64,000 nucleotides of DNA from Vampirovibrionaceae bacterium NZW_1234 (GTDB lineage: Bacteria > Cyanobacteriota > Vampirovibrionia > Vampirovibrionales > JAGQHJ01): positions 96,001 to 160,000 of the forward strand of contig JBGUGD010000002.1 in NCBI GenBank assembly GCA_041697335.1. Direction: 5' to 3'. The notes under the pieces were generated by a model. The model was not told where the DNA came from, made no database searches, and was given only the letters and a program-made list of their open reading frames with translations. Numbering within the stretch: position 1 is the stretch's first letter; the number at the start of each line of letters is the position of its first letter. Shown here piece after piece: positions 38,652-48,563 of the stretch. The position numbers were made by a program, and so were the translations under genes.

Positions 38652-39905
38652 TTAAGCCGTTTGTTGGGGAATATCACGATGACGAAGGCCAAACAGGCCG
38701 GGATGTTCCAGTTTGCCGTGTTCGGGCATGAAGTTTTTCATCAGGGTTCGAGTGACCACGATGGCGGTAAAGAAGCTGACGATGACCCCCAGCGCCAAAC
38801 TGAAGGCAAAGCCTTTTACCAACCCTGTGCCCATCACGTACAGAATCACACAGGTGATGAGCGTGGTCATGTTGCTATCGAAGATACTGGAGAACGCTCG
38901 CTCAAAGCCCAATTCGATAGCTTTGTCGACGCTACGACCCAATTTGAGCTCCTCTTTGGTTCGTTCAAAGATGAGGATGTTTGCGTCCACGGCCATCCCG
39001 ACACTAAGAATCAGACCGGCAATCCCGGCAAGAGACAACGCTGTCGGGGTTAATTTCAATACGCCGAACAACAGTACGGCGTAGATAATCAGAGCAATGT
39101 CAGCAAAGAGCCCAGGGAGGCGATAGTAGATGATCATAAAGAGCATAACAATCACAATGCCGACCAAACCCGCCTGGATACTCTTTTCAAGAGAAGCCTT
39201 ACCCAGAAGAGGACCGATGCTGCTTTCTTCAATGATGGCAATATTGACAGGCAAGGCCCCCGCATTCAGGATATCCACGGTGGCTTGAGCCTTTTCTCGG
39301 GTAAAGTCTCCGGTGATTTCGGCATGCCCTCCGGCAATGGCGTCGTTTACATGGGGGGCCGACTGGAGAGCGCCATCAAAGAAGATACCTAAGACGCCGC
39401 GAGACGGGGCAAGCTTACGGGTGATTTCAAAGAATTTATCTGCACCTTGGGCGTTGAAATTCAACAGAATCTTCCACCGGTTGTTCATATCTGGAACCGC
39501 CTTGGCGCTGGCCAGGTCCTTGCCGGACAGGCCTGTAAAGACATATTCCTGGGTTTGCGGATCCAACGCACGAAATTCCAGATTTCCGGTTTTCCCAATA
39601 CGTTGCTTGGCCTCTTCAGGGTCTCGGGCACCTGGGATCTCTACCAGAATTCGGTTGCTGCCTACTTTTTGAACCAGGTTTTCTTCAGTCCCGGTTGGAT
39701 TGACCCGGCGATCGATAACGGCATGCAGGGTATCCATAACTTCCGGGGTAATTTTAGGCACTGCGGGGTTGGTTTCGGCCTGCAACAGGAACCGCACGCC
39801 GCCGCTTAAATCCAAGCCAAGCTTGGTGGGACGGTTGCCGATAACCCAACCTGCTGCAACCACGAGAACCAAAACCACAATCAACCAAATTCGGTGTGAT
39901 TTCAT
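38652..39905 (-). CDS. secD: Protein translocase subunit SecD
   Basis: LGLDLSGG, LNAGALP, IGPLLG, GMAVDANILIFER, IFDSNMTT, VKGFA. Confidence 0.96.
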   Translation of the reverse strand: MKSHRIWLIVVLVLVVAAGWVIGNRPTKLGLDLSGGVRFLLQAETNPAVPKITPEVMDTLHAVIDRRVNPTGTEENLVQKVGSNRILVEIPGARDPEEAKQRIGKTGNLEFRALDPQTQEYVFTGLSGKDLASAKAVPDMNNRWKILLNFNAQGADKFFEITRKLAPSRGVLGIFFDGALQSAPHVNDAIAGGHAEITGDFTREKAQATVDILNAGALPVNIAIIEESSIGPLLGKASLEKSIQAGLVGIVIVMLFMIIYYRLPGLFADIALIIYAVLLFGVLKLTPTALSLAGIAGLILSVGMAVDANILIFERTKEELKLGRSVDKAIELGFERAFSSIFDSNMTTLITCVILYVMGTGLVKGFAFSLALGVIVSFFTAIVVTRTLMKNFMPEHGKLEHPGLFGLRHRDIPQQTA

Positions 39906-39912
39906 GTACTTA

Positions 39913-40794
39913 TTATCCTTCTCGCATAACAACTAAAGCTGATTTAATAGGCCGTTTGACACGATTCTGAGACTTGTCAAGCTTGCCGTAAAAGGTTTCA
40001 CCACCAACCCAAAGTGTTGAAGAACTTCCTCCATCCAAAGACAGGGCCTTTGTTGCACCCAGCTTGGACATGATTTCACTCATCTCACTCAAGGAAACGC
40101 CGGATACCTTATTTTCAGTGGGGATCATAGAGACCATCGCCAGAATTGCGTCGCCCTCGGGAGTAATGCCAATGGCGCTGCGGGCGTTTTTTCGGTCCAC
40201 TCCGATGGGATCCCGAACCCGTTGCTTACCTTTATAGGCCACAAAGGCTTCTCCTTCCATGGCTGTTGGGTCAAACAAATTGGGCCCGGCTTGAAGGGCA
40301 TGGACAAGTTTGCAGCGGTTGGGCACCTTGGTGAGGTGGGTGGTAATGTCGTAGGTCCGTTTGCCATTGCATTCCAGGACCCGAAATTCGGAGCGATTCA
40401 GCATTTTTTCGATGTAGGGAAAGAGATCGGGGTTTTCAACAAAGCGCTGATTGTTGACTGGGTTTGCCACGGTTTTGTTGTTGATAATGACATAGGATGT
40501 GGTCAGCTTGTTGGAAGGGTCAAAAAAACCGGCATTAATGGCGGCCACGGCTTTGTCTTTGACCGGGGTCATCATCTCCGGCAATAAATCCAGCTTATGC
40601 GATAGAACAGGTTGAATACGATAAAGGGAATTGGCTGGTACATGAATATAAAGAACTTCGTAATTAGGGGTTTCTAGTTTTTGAAGGGGTAAATCGCTAC
40701 TTTGAGCTTGCGATTTAACGCTCATAATGGATAAGACTGTTGCTAAAAGCGTCATTAGGATGGTTGCCCAATGGATTGGTAAACGAACGTGCAT
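39913..40794 (-). CDS. Phosphodiester glycosidase (NAGPA-like) family exported protein
   Basis: AAINAGFF, ARSAIGI, ALSLDGGSSSTL; N-terminal signal-like helix. Confidence 0.85.
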   Translation of the reverse strand: MHVRLPIHWATILMTLLATVLSIMSVKSQAQSSDLPLQKLETPNYEVLYIHVPANSLYRIQPVLSHKLDLLPEMMTPVKDKAVAAINAGFFDPSNKLTTSYVIINNKTVANPVNNQRFVENPDLFPYIEKMLNRSEFRVLECNGKRTYDITTHLTKVPNRCKLVHALQAGPNLFDPTAMEGEAFVAYKGKQRVRDPIGVDRKNARSAIGITPEGDAILAMVSMIPTENKVSGVSLSEMSEIMSKLGATKALSLDGGSSSTLWVGGETFYGKLDKSQNRVKRPIKSALVVMREG

Positions 40795-41239
40795 CTCTGT
40801 ACCCGCTATCGATATGTGACTGCATTTTAGGTGAAAGATACTCACCAATCAAACCTGACGCTGCAATGTGATCCAGAGTTCCTTGCCAAAGCATGTAATC
40901 GACATCATTCAATCGAGATGTATAATGCTCTTTGGCATTGGCACTGTGTCGAAAGAGCAAGGCGAGCACTTTATTTTTCCGGTTGCAACTAGTTGAGAGT
41001 TACTCTCAATAAGAGGATCAGGGAAACAGGTTCTTAACAATTCTTTGTACTCCCTACGCCAAAACCATCGAACCGCTACAATAAATTTTGGAGTCCTCGT
41101 GTTCATCCCCATTAAAACACGAGGATGCTGTCATATTGGGTCTTTAGGGAATAGCACAAAAAGTTATGTTTGGGTTTTATATAGCTGTTAGCATTCACTT
41201 ATGGGCAAAGTCTGCCGTACCAGGGGATGGGGGATTGCC

Positions 41240-42019
41240 TTGAACATAGCACCACAACACAATCTGCGCTTTAAATCGTCGCTGCCCATAGCCAGCCGAC
41301 TGCTAAGCCCCCGTGAGCTTCTGATTGCCGGAATTGTTACCCGCATGGCCAGTGGTCTGCTTCGGATTGAAGAAAATGTGCCTACAGAAAACCGCAAGCC
41401 TCAACTATCCAAAGAGCAAAAATGGGCTTCCTTGTGTGAGCGAATCTTTATGGAGGCTATCGGAGTCCCCTTTCATGTGCTGACCTTGTACTTTTTGCAG
41501 GAGCCGGTGTCAAAACTTTTTGAACGCTCCCCTTTTCTCAAGCCTCCTAAGGTCACAGGGCTGCTGGGTGAAGCCAAAGTCCATCAAAAAGCTATCAATA
41601 CTATTCTGCGTCGTGCCTACGCACCGAACTTGGCTTCTATCCCCCACGGCATCGTAGCCAAGCAGATCTATAATCGGGCCGATCTGGTTCAAAAAGTTGC
41701 CAATGTTCGCTCGTTAATTGCAGAAAAGCTCGGTTCTGCCTTTACACCTCAGGTTAAGGCTGCTGTGAATGCCAGTCTTATGAACTATCAGCGACGCTTA
41801 TGGGTTGCCGCCGCCGCTACCATTGGTGTGGGTGTTGTTGGCGCTGCTTGGTTGTCAGGATATGTGCTGCAATTGCTCAATGACACCCTGGTGTCCAAAA
41901 AAGTCATTCCGGCCATTTTGGATTGGTGCGGGTTGTCATCCGGGAAAAAGCCAAAGACTGAAGCCTTTATTCCAGGCCCTCCTCCCAGTGAAATGCAAGA
42001 CAAGACGTTTCGGATGTGA
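41240..42019 (+). CDS. Hypothetical membrane protein with N-terminal LRFK motif
   Basis: TTG start MNIAPQHNLRFKS; three hydrophobic segments; TGATG overlap with the next gene. Confidence 0.7.
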   Translation: MNIAPQHNLRFKSSLPIASRLLSPRELLIAGIVTRMASGLLRIEENVPTENRKPQLSKEQKWASLCERIFMEAIGVPFHVLTLYFLQEPVSKLFERSPFLKPPKVTGLLGEAKVHQKAINTILRRAYAPNLASIPHGIVAKQIYNRADLVQKVANVRSLIAEKLGSAFTPQVKAAVNASLMNYQRRLWVAAAATIGVGVVGAAWLSGYVLQLLNDTLVSKKVIPAILDWCGLSSGKKPKTEAFIPGPPPSEMQDKTFRM

Positions 42020-43077
42020 TGCTTATGAGAGTGCCTGTGACGCCACGTTTTGCCGCAACACCCATGAGTTCTTCCGTAAGACTTCTGGTCAAAAACTCGG
42101 GTACGTTGCTGTCTGACTTCGCATATGGACGCATTCATAACATTCAAAGCTTTCGAGATAATGCCTTTATTTTTTCCTCGCTGATTCAAGTCTTATCCCG
42201 AATTTTTGTCGCCAATCGCTCAGCTCAACAGACCCGGAACACCCCTGAAGGACCCTACCGTTACTTGGAAGCGGTGAAAACCACTTTTAGAGAGGCCATG
42301 GGCTTTTGCCTCAGCTATCTGGTGCTTCGGGCTTTCCAGCGGGGAGCCATTGATTTCTTTCGTAATTTTCTTCATGTGCGTTCCGGCCTCTCGGCAGCGC
42401 CCACCCTCTTTAATGGTTTGTTCCGTCGCATGTTCAATGCTCCGGCTTATGTGTCCTCGAGCAAAGGTTATTTCCCTTCCTTCTTTGGGACACTGAAGCA
42501 GATTGGTCAGGAGGTGGGTCATTACTTCCGCGGCACTCAAAAGTCTTTGTCCTTGAAACCCATTGATCACCTCTTCCCTGATGTAGTCAAAAATCAGGAA
42601 ATTGTCTTTAATCCGGCGCGTTACAAGAAGCTCTCCAGTCTGGTTGAGGTGGTCAATCGGGTTACATTCAGCGATATGAAGGCTTCTCCGGCACAAAAAT
42701 TAAAGGTCTTTTTTGATTGGGTGCCCGTTCTTTTAGGGTCCATCCCGACGATTCTGCTGAGTGGGTTGTGGTTGGAGCGCTTCAGTCAAACCAAGGCTGA
42801 GCCCTTGGCTAAGAAAATAGCCAATTTTATGCAGCCGGTTTCCGCTCAACAGAAGCCTGCTCAGGTTATTGACGTAGAACCGCCCCAATTGTCCAATTCC
42901 GATGCCCCGCTTGGCGCGCTTGATCCCAGCGACTCTGTTGCGTATGCTAATAATGCTCCCGTTCCGGTAATTCAAACCCCTGTTGCGAGTTTTCAATATG
43001 GCCCAGCCTTTCGAACCGGATTCCCTTATCCTCCCGCTCTCTGGGCGTGGGGGCAACGTTATTTGTCTCGGCGCTGA
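42019..43077 (+). CDS. Hypothetical membrane protein with N-terminal PRFA motif
   Basis: MLMRVPVTPRFAA start; layout resembles the upstream gene. Confidence 0.75.
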   Translation: MLMRVPVTPRFAATPMSSSVRLLVKNSGTLLSDFAYGRIHNIQSFRDNAFIFSSLIQVLSRIFVANRSAQQTRNTPEGPYRYLEAVKTTFREAMGFCLSYLVLRAFQRGAIDFFRNFLHVRSGLSAAPTLFNGLFRRMFNAPAYVSSSKGYFPSFFGTLKQIGQEVGHYFRGTQKSLSLKPIDHLFPDVVKNQEIVFNPARYKKLSSLVEVVNRVTFSDMKASPAQKLKVFFDWVPVLLGSIPTILLSGLWLERFSQTKAEPLAKKIANFMQPVSAQQKPAQVIDVEPPQLSNSDAPLGALDPSDSVAYANNAPVPVIQTPVASFQYGPAFRTGFPYPPALWAWGQRYLSRR

Positions 43078-43462
43078 TCTGGTTCACATTCCCCGAATAG
43101 AGGCCATCTTATCGCGCTTTGGGGATCGGTTCTTAGAAAAGGTCCTGACAAATCAGGAGCAAGCGTTCTGCAACACTGCCAAGGACTCTAAAACACGAGT
43201 GAATCGAGTCGCCAGTCGGGTAGCGGCCAAGGAGGCTGTGTTAAAGGCTCTGGGGACGGGGGTGGCTATGCTGGGGCATGCGGAGAAAGGGGCATGGTGG
43301 ACCAATGTCGAAGTTGTTCGCGAGGAAAAAGAAGCTCCCCGGATTCAGCTATATGGTCGTGCGCAAGCTGTCGCTCAGCAGGCTGGGATTGGGCACTGGT
43401 TGATTACCTTGACGCACGACGGTGACTACGCCATGGCTGTCACAATGGGGCTTGCTCCCTAG
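42998..43462 (+). CDS. acpS: Holo-ACP synthase
   Basis: LGADLVHIPRI, RVAAKEAVLKALGTG, ITLTHDGDYAMA; start overlaps the upstream gene and is uncertain. Confidence 0.9.
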   Translation: MAQPFEPDSLILPLSGRGGNVICLGADLVHIPRIEAILSRFGDRFLEKVLTNQEQAFCNTAKDSKTRVNRVASRVAAKEAVLKALGTGVAMLGHAEKGAWWTNVEVVREEKEAPRIQLYGRAQAVAQQAGIGHWLITLTHDGDYAMAVTMGLAP

Positions 43463-43484
43463 ATTTATAAAATAGACTCTTCAA

Positions 43485-43518
43485 AAGAAAGCCTCCTAGC
43501 AATCTAGGAGGCTTTCTT
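43485..43518. terminator. Bidirectional intrinsic terminator
   Basis: aagaaagcctcctag-caat-ctaggaggctttctt. Confidence 0.85.
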
Positions 43519-43543
43519 CATCTTTTTCCTGCGAAGAAGAGGG

Positions 43544-43885
43544 TTATTCCTCAACGGCGGCTTTTTTCTTGTTAGCCTTTTTCAAGGCATCCAGTTCCGC
43601 TTTCAGGGAATCGTATTCTTCACGGGTGACCAAGCCCAGGTTTTTGACAGCGGCTTTGGTGTAGGTTTCCACGGAATCGCGGACCTTGGATTCAAACTGT
43701 TCTTTTTCTTTAACGGCCCGGTTTTTCAGATCTTCGGTGAAACCCATGGCATCCTTTTGGGTCATTTCACCCCGCTCAACCAGTTCGTTGGCCAGGTCCT
43801 GAATTTTTTCAACGGTCACCGCTGTGGCGCCGATACCGATTAAAAAGGCTTTCTTCCACATTTCAAAGGGATCTTTTTCCGCCAT
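43544..43885 (-). CDS. Phasin-like (PhaI/PhaF-type) protein
   Basis: KKAFLIGIGATAVTVEKI...ELVERGEMT...LGLVTREEYDSLKAEL; AAAGGA RBS. Confidence 0.7.
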   Translation of the reverse strand: MAEKDPFEMWKKAFLIGIGATAVTVEKIQDLANELVERGEMTQKDAMGFTEDLKNRAVKEKEQFESKVRDSVETYTKAAVKNLGLVTREEYDSLKAELDALKKANKKKAAVEE

Positions 43886-44058
43886 GTTGAGAGTTCCTTT
43901 CAAACTAAATGCAAGCAAACACGGTTGTACTTTATTGTGACATATTCTTCCGGTTCCGGCCTCAGGTTTCAGAAGGAGCTGTTGTCTGATTTTTTTATGG
44001 GGTCTATGAAAGTTATCCGTGACAATACTGCTCTTCAAGGAAAAACCTGGGGGCGGAT

Positions 44059-44643
44059 TTACATGTCAACCTCGGGCGCACGCTGGCTTTCCTGGGGCGG
44101 ATTATAATAGGCCCTGGGTTTGGCCTGAAACGCCATGGCGGTCAGGTTGGTCGGAAAGCGTCGAATCAGGCCGTTATAGTCTCTTACCGCATTGTTGTAA
44201 TCCATGCGTGACACCGCAATACGGTTTTCTGTGCCTGCCAGTTCGTCAATCAATCGAGTGTATTGTTCGTTCGCCTTCAGGTTGGGGTAGTTCTCCGCCA
44301 CGACCAGTAATCGTCCCAAGGCACTGTTAAATGCGCCAGATGCTTCGGCCACCCGGTTGGGATCGTTGCTCCCCAAGGCGCCACTCATCCGGGCGCGGGC
44401 ATCAGCAATGTCTGAAAAAACGGTTTGTTCATGGCTGGCGTAGGATTTCACGACTTTCACCAGGTTCGGAATCAGATCGGAACGGCGTTGTAACTGGCTT
44501 TCGACCTGGGCCCACTTGTTATTGATGTCTTCGTCCATGGTCTGGATTTGGTTATACCCGCAGCCTGAGAACATCAGGGTCATCATTAGGGCACAGGACA
44601 TTAGGGCCAACGTGAAATAACGAGAGATTATATTGTGCTTCAT
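44059..44643 (-). CDS. lemA: LemA family protein
   Basis: GCGYN, WAQVESQLQRRSDLIPNLV, ENYPNLKAN, ELAGTENRIAVSRMDYN. Confidence 0.95.
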   Translation of the reverse strand: MKHNIISRYFTLALMSCALMMTLMFSGCGYNQIQTMDEDINNKWAQVESQLQRRSDLIPNLVKVVKSYASHEQTVFSDIADARARMSGALGSNDPNRVAEASGAFNSALGRLLVVAENYPNLKANEQYTRLIDELAGTENRIAVSRMDYNNAVRDYNGLIRRFPTNLTAMAFQAKPRAYYNPPQESQRAPEVDM

Positions 44644-44656
44644 CGGGGACGTCTCC

Positions 44657-45418
44657 TTAGGCTTTCGATACAGCAAATTCGTGGCATTGATCCACGAAGT
44701 GGGTCACTAAATCCAATTGTTCCAAGACGTCATGGCAGATGGTCATAACCTCGGCCGAAGCAATGTGGCCTTTGACTTCCTTGGAATGCAGAATTTTTTC
44801 AAAGGAGCTTTCGTTAAAGCCCGGGACAATGTCTTTTAGCATGGTGAGCGTATCCAGGGCCGTTTGTGGGACCTCGTTGTGAGATCGCTTTAATCGGATT
44901 ATTCCCCGAAACAAAGCCGTGTAGCTGCTGACATGATGCTGGAGCATATCCAGAATAACTTCAGGCTTGTCCCGATACAGGAGTAAGCGCTGGCGCAGAT
45001 AAACCAGTTTTCGGTGCAACTCAAGCTCACAGACCAAGCGCAGGGACTGGACATCCAACTGGGTCTCGGAATACAGATCTTTACCGAAGGCGACATGGTG
45101 ATTATCCCGAATGTCGGCATATTCCAGGGCAAAGGCATCGGCAGAACGCCCCCATTCTTCTTCGGACATAAACACGGGCAGGGCGTGTGCTGTTTTCTCC
45201 CACCACTTGGAAATTGAAGAGGCTTTTTCCAGATCTTTGTAATCAATCTCGCTCAAGATCACGAGGACATTGATATCCTGAAGGTGTTTTTTCTGGGCCG
45301 GTTGAGCGTCTCGTTGCAGTGCGGAGCCATAAACACAAACTGAGACGAGGTGAGTGTCAAAGAGATGTTGGAGTTCATAGACCAAGCGTTGAACTTTGGT
45401 TTGGACGTCTGGGTGCAT
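44657..45418 (-). CDS. Nucleotidyltransferase-fold protein
   Basis: LVSVCVYGSA...DINVLVIL pol-beta-like motif; SADAFALEYADI...FGKD. Confidence 0.75.
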   Translation of the reverse strand: MHPDVQTKVQRLVYELQHLFDTHLVSVCVYGSALQRDAQPAQKKHLQDINVLVILSEIDYKDLEKASSISKWWEKTAHALPVFMSEEEWGRSADAFALEYADIRDNHHVAFGKDLYSETQLDVQSLRLVCELELHRKLVYLRQRLLLYRDKPEVILDMLQHHVSSYTALFRGIIRLKRSHNEVPQTALDTLTMLKDIVPGFNESSFEKILHSKEVKGHIASAEVMTICHDVLEQLDLVTHFVDQCHEFAVSKA

Positions 45419-45449
45419 TGTTTCATCACTCCTTTGTGCTTAAAAGCTA

Positions 45450-46208
45450 TTACCAGCTTCGGGAAGAACCCCCGCCGCCGAAACTACCGCCACCGAAGCC
45501 GCCAAAATCGATGCCGCCGCCTCGGCCGCCATAGTAACCTCCGCCAAAGCCACCGCCTCCGCCCCAATAACCACGAGGACGAAAGAGAGACAGCAGGATA
45601 AAGAAGCCCAGAAACATCAAGATGACCCAAAAGGGTAATTCAGGCTTTTCCGGTTCTGTTGGGGCAGGTGTCTGGACGGTAACCCCATCGAGACTGGTGA
45701 GCGTAATTTGGCGATCTTTGGCAATGGTGTCGGCGTAGGCCACCATGCCGTTGTAGATACCGGTGTTGTAGTCACCTTGCCTGAAAAAAGGCAGCATATA
45801 GCGGTCTTGAATCGCACCGGATAGCCCGTCCGGGATGATGCCTTCCAGGCCATAGCCCACCTCGGTCCGGAGCTTTCGATCCTGGACCGCAAGCAGGATC
45901 AACAGGCCCGTGTTTTCTTTTTTCGAACCAATGCCCCATTGGCGGGCCACTTGAAGCGAGGCTGTTTCCAGAGGGGTGCCATCCAACGTCGTCACTGTTA
46001 ACAGGGCCATCTGGGCACCTGTTTTTTGATCGACTTCCTGGGCCAACTGGGTCAGCCCGGCTTCGACCTCGGGTGAAAGAACATCTGCCGTATCGTTAAT
46101 GTATCCGGTATAGCGGGGAACTTGGAAAGCTGCATGGACCGGTAGGCTCAGGAGGGTCAAAAGACAAGCCAACAATCCGAACATGAACCATTGCGTGCGT
46201 CGAGCCAT
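45450..46208 (-). CDS. TPM domain protein (YgcG-like)
   Basis: YINDTADVLS, WGIGSK, RTEVGYGLEG, C-terminal GGGSFGGGGSSRSW. Confidence 0.93.
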   Translation of the reverse strand: MARRTQWFMFGLLACLLTLLSLPVHAAFQVPRYTGYINDTADVLSPEVEAGLTQLAQEVDQKTGAQMALLTVTTLDGTPLETASLQVARQWGIGSKKENTGLLILLAVQDRKLRTEVGYGLEGIIPDGLSGAIQDRYMLPFFRQGDYNTGIYNGMVAYADTIAKDRQITLTSLDGVTVQTPAPTEPEKPELPFWVILMFLGFFILLSLFRPRGYWGGGGGFGGGYYGGRGGGIDFGGFGGGSFGGGGSSRSW

Positions 46209-46340
46209 GGGTGAGCCTCTCCAAATTTGCTGGCATGGTTATAGCACAAAGTCGCTTGAATAAAATGAGGCACCGGGACACTGAGTCACCGGTGCAATGT
46301 TCATCCCCACATTTATCCTGCTAAATGCTTTTTATGCTGG

Positions 46341-47105
46341 TTACCACCCCGGGTAGGCGCTCATCAAGGAGCCGGGAAAGCCAAACCCCATCTGGGGAGG
46401 TAATCCTCCGAACGCAGAGATGCTGCGGCTATGGTAGCGAGAAAAAGAGTAGTCGCTCGGGATACCACCGCTTCCAAAGCCAGGAGTGTTAAAGCCTCCA
46501 AATCCATAGGGGTTTGTTCCAAAGCCGTTGCCCCAGGAAGAATTATAGAAAGGCGAACCTCCGAAGCCCCCGAAGGGGTTATTAAAGGCTCCGCCAAAAC
46601 CACCAAAGGGGCTACCAAAAGCTCCGCCAAAACCAGGGCTGCCAAACCCACCGAAAGGTCTATTAAAGCCTCCCCCGAAGCCAGGACCGCCAAACCCACC
46701 GAAGGGGCTATTAAAGCCTCCGCCAAAACCAGGGCCGCCAAACCCACCGAAGGGGTTATTAAAGGCTCCGCCAAACCCACCCAAGGGGCTATTAAAGCCT
46801 CCCCCGAAGCCAGGGCTGCCAAACCCGCCGAAGGGGCTACCAAAAGCTCCGCCCAAACCAGGGCCCCCAAACCCGCCAAAAGGTCCATTGAATGGCCCTC
46901 CGAAGCCGGGGCTGAAGGAAGTGAAACTGCTGGAACTCAGGGGGATACCTCGTCCGCTGAAGTTGCCGTAGCTGAATCCGCCATAGGGGGTTCCAATATA
47001 ACCACCGAACTCCGGGCGAATTTGAGGCAATACCCGGATCGAGCCACTGCGGAAGCCCGGATCAAAAACCGTGCGGCTTGTACGACTGTTTACGGAAAAC
47101 GCCAT
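46341..47105 (-). CDS. Gly/Phe-rich low-complexity repeat protein (GGFGGPGFGGGFNSPF units)
   Basis: Repeats of about 16 aa are most coherent in this frame. Confidence 0.7.
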   Translation of the reverse strand: MAFSVNSRTSRTVFDPGFRSGSIRVLPQIRPEFGGYIGTPYGGFSYGNFSGRGIPLSSSSFTSFSPGFGGPFNGPFGGFGGPGLGGAFGSPFGGFGSPGFGGGFNSPLGGFGGAFNNPFGGFGGPGFGGGFNSPFGGFGGPGFGGGFNRPFGGFGSPGFGGAFGSPFGGFGGAFNNPFGGFGGSPFYNSSWGNGFGTNPYGFGGFNTPGFGSGGIPSDYSFSRYHSRSISAFGGLPPQMGFGFPGSLMSAYPGW

Positions 47106-47559
47106 GCGTAGAATACCCCCAACCAAACGTCTTTTCTATGTCTGTCCTGTGTCCAACTGCATAAAAACCAGGAATCTAAATTTTTTGTTAATGTTTTTAT
47201 TTTTTTACGAAAAAAATTTATATAGACGTCAGTTTTGTATGCTTTTTCTACGCTCTGGGCTTATTTTGAGACAATGAGGGTGTATTGTGAGCTTTTATAC
47301 TTGTCTCTGAAGGGGTGTGCTGGTATCCGAAGTTAGAGGAACGGAAAACTTTTCCGTTCCTCTTGAGGGATCTGCTGACTAGAACGCGGGTTGGCAAAAC
47401 AAGAATGGCAAATCCACCAGAGATCCCACTCGCAATAGGACTCGGTCGCTTGGGGGGCGATTGGGGTGTCAAAGGATGTTTTACTTTTGATTCCAGTTTC
47501 AGTACAGTATCAGTACTCAATTCGTTTTTTATGGCCTGCTACGAAAGGGATGATGTGTG

Positions 47560-48549
47560 ATGATGGCTGCCGAAACAATGCTTCCCCCTGCATTTGGCTC
47601 GATTGAACAGAAACAGAGCCGACTGGAACGCCAACGTCAGCTGGAAACTGAAATTCAGCAACTCAAAAAAGAACGAAACGCCGTAATTCTGGCCCACTTG
47701 TATGAGCGCCTGGAAATTCAGCTGGTGGCCGATCACGTGGGCGACTCCCTGGGGTTAAGCCAGGAAGCTGCCAAGACGGATGCCGATATGATTATTTTTT
47801 GCGGCGTCCATTTTATGGCCGAAACCGCCAAGCTGCTGTCTCCTCAAAAGAAAGTGTTCCTGGGCAATAAAAACGCCGGCTGCCCGATGGCCGATATGAT
47901 TACCCGGGATGACCTGATCAAGTTCAAAGCCCAGCATCCCGGTGTCCCCGTGGTGGCCTATGTGAATACCACGGCGGAGGTCAAGGCTGAAAGCGACGTC
48001 TGCTGCACCAGTGCCAACGCCGTGAACGTGGTGCGAGCCTTGGGCTCTGATAAGATTTTATGTGTGCCCGATCAGCATCTGGCCAAGTACATCCAATCCC
48101 AGGTTCCCGAAGTCGAGGTGATCTGGTGGAACGGCTTCTGCCCCACCCATTTACGCATGCTTCCGGAAGATGTGATTGCCTTGAAGCAGGAATACCCGGA
48201 AGCCATGATTCTGGCCCATCCGGAGTGCGATGATCCCATTAAAGATCTGGCTGATTTTATCGGAAGCACTACCAAAATTCGGGAAACCGCCATGAAGAGC
48301 AACAAGCGGGTCTTTATTGTCTGTACCGAGGACGGGGTGCGTCAGCGCCTCAGTTATGACTGTCCAGACAAGCTGTTTTTAACGCCGACCCGGGCTTGTG
48401 CCGTTTGTCCCAACATGAAGCTGACCCGGCTTGAAAACATTCGCAATACCCTGCGGGATATGGATCCGGCCGATGAGATTATTATTCCGGACGACATTGC
48501 CGTCAGGGCTCGCAAAACTCTTGATATGATGATGGCCATCCACGGCTAA
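47560..48549 (+). CDS. nadA: Quinolinate synthase
   Basis: ILAHLYE, GDSL, FCGVHFMAETAK, AGCPMAD, YVNT, CCTSAN, FCPTH, AHPEC, CPNMK. Confidence 0.96.
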   Translation: MMAAETMLPPAFGSIEQKQSRLERQRQLETEIQQLKKERNAVILAHLYERLEIQLVADHVGDSLGLSQEAAKTDADMIIFCGVHFMAETAKLLSPQKKVFLGNKNAGCPMADMITRDDLIKFKAQHPGVPVVAYVNTTAEVKAESDVCCTSANAVNVVRALGSDKILCVPDQHLAKYIQSQVPEVEVIWWNGFCPTHLRMLPEDVIALKQEYPEAMILAHPECDDPIKDLADFIGSTTKIRETAMKSNKRVFIVCTEDGVRQRLSYDCPDKLFLTPTRACAVCPNMKLTRLENIRNTLRDMDPADEIIIPDDIAVRARKTLDMMMAIHG

Positions 48550-48563
48550 AAGGACACGTTTTG

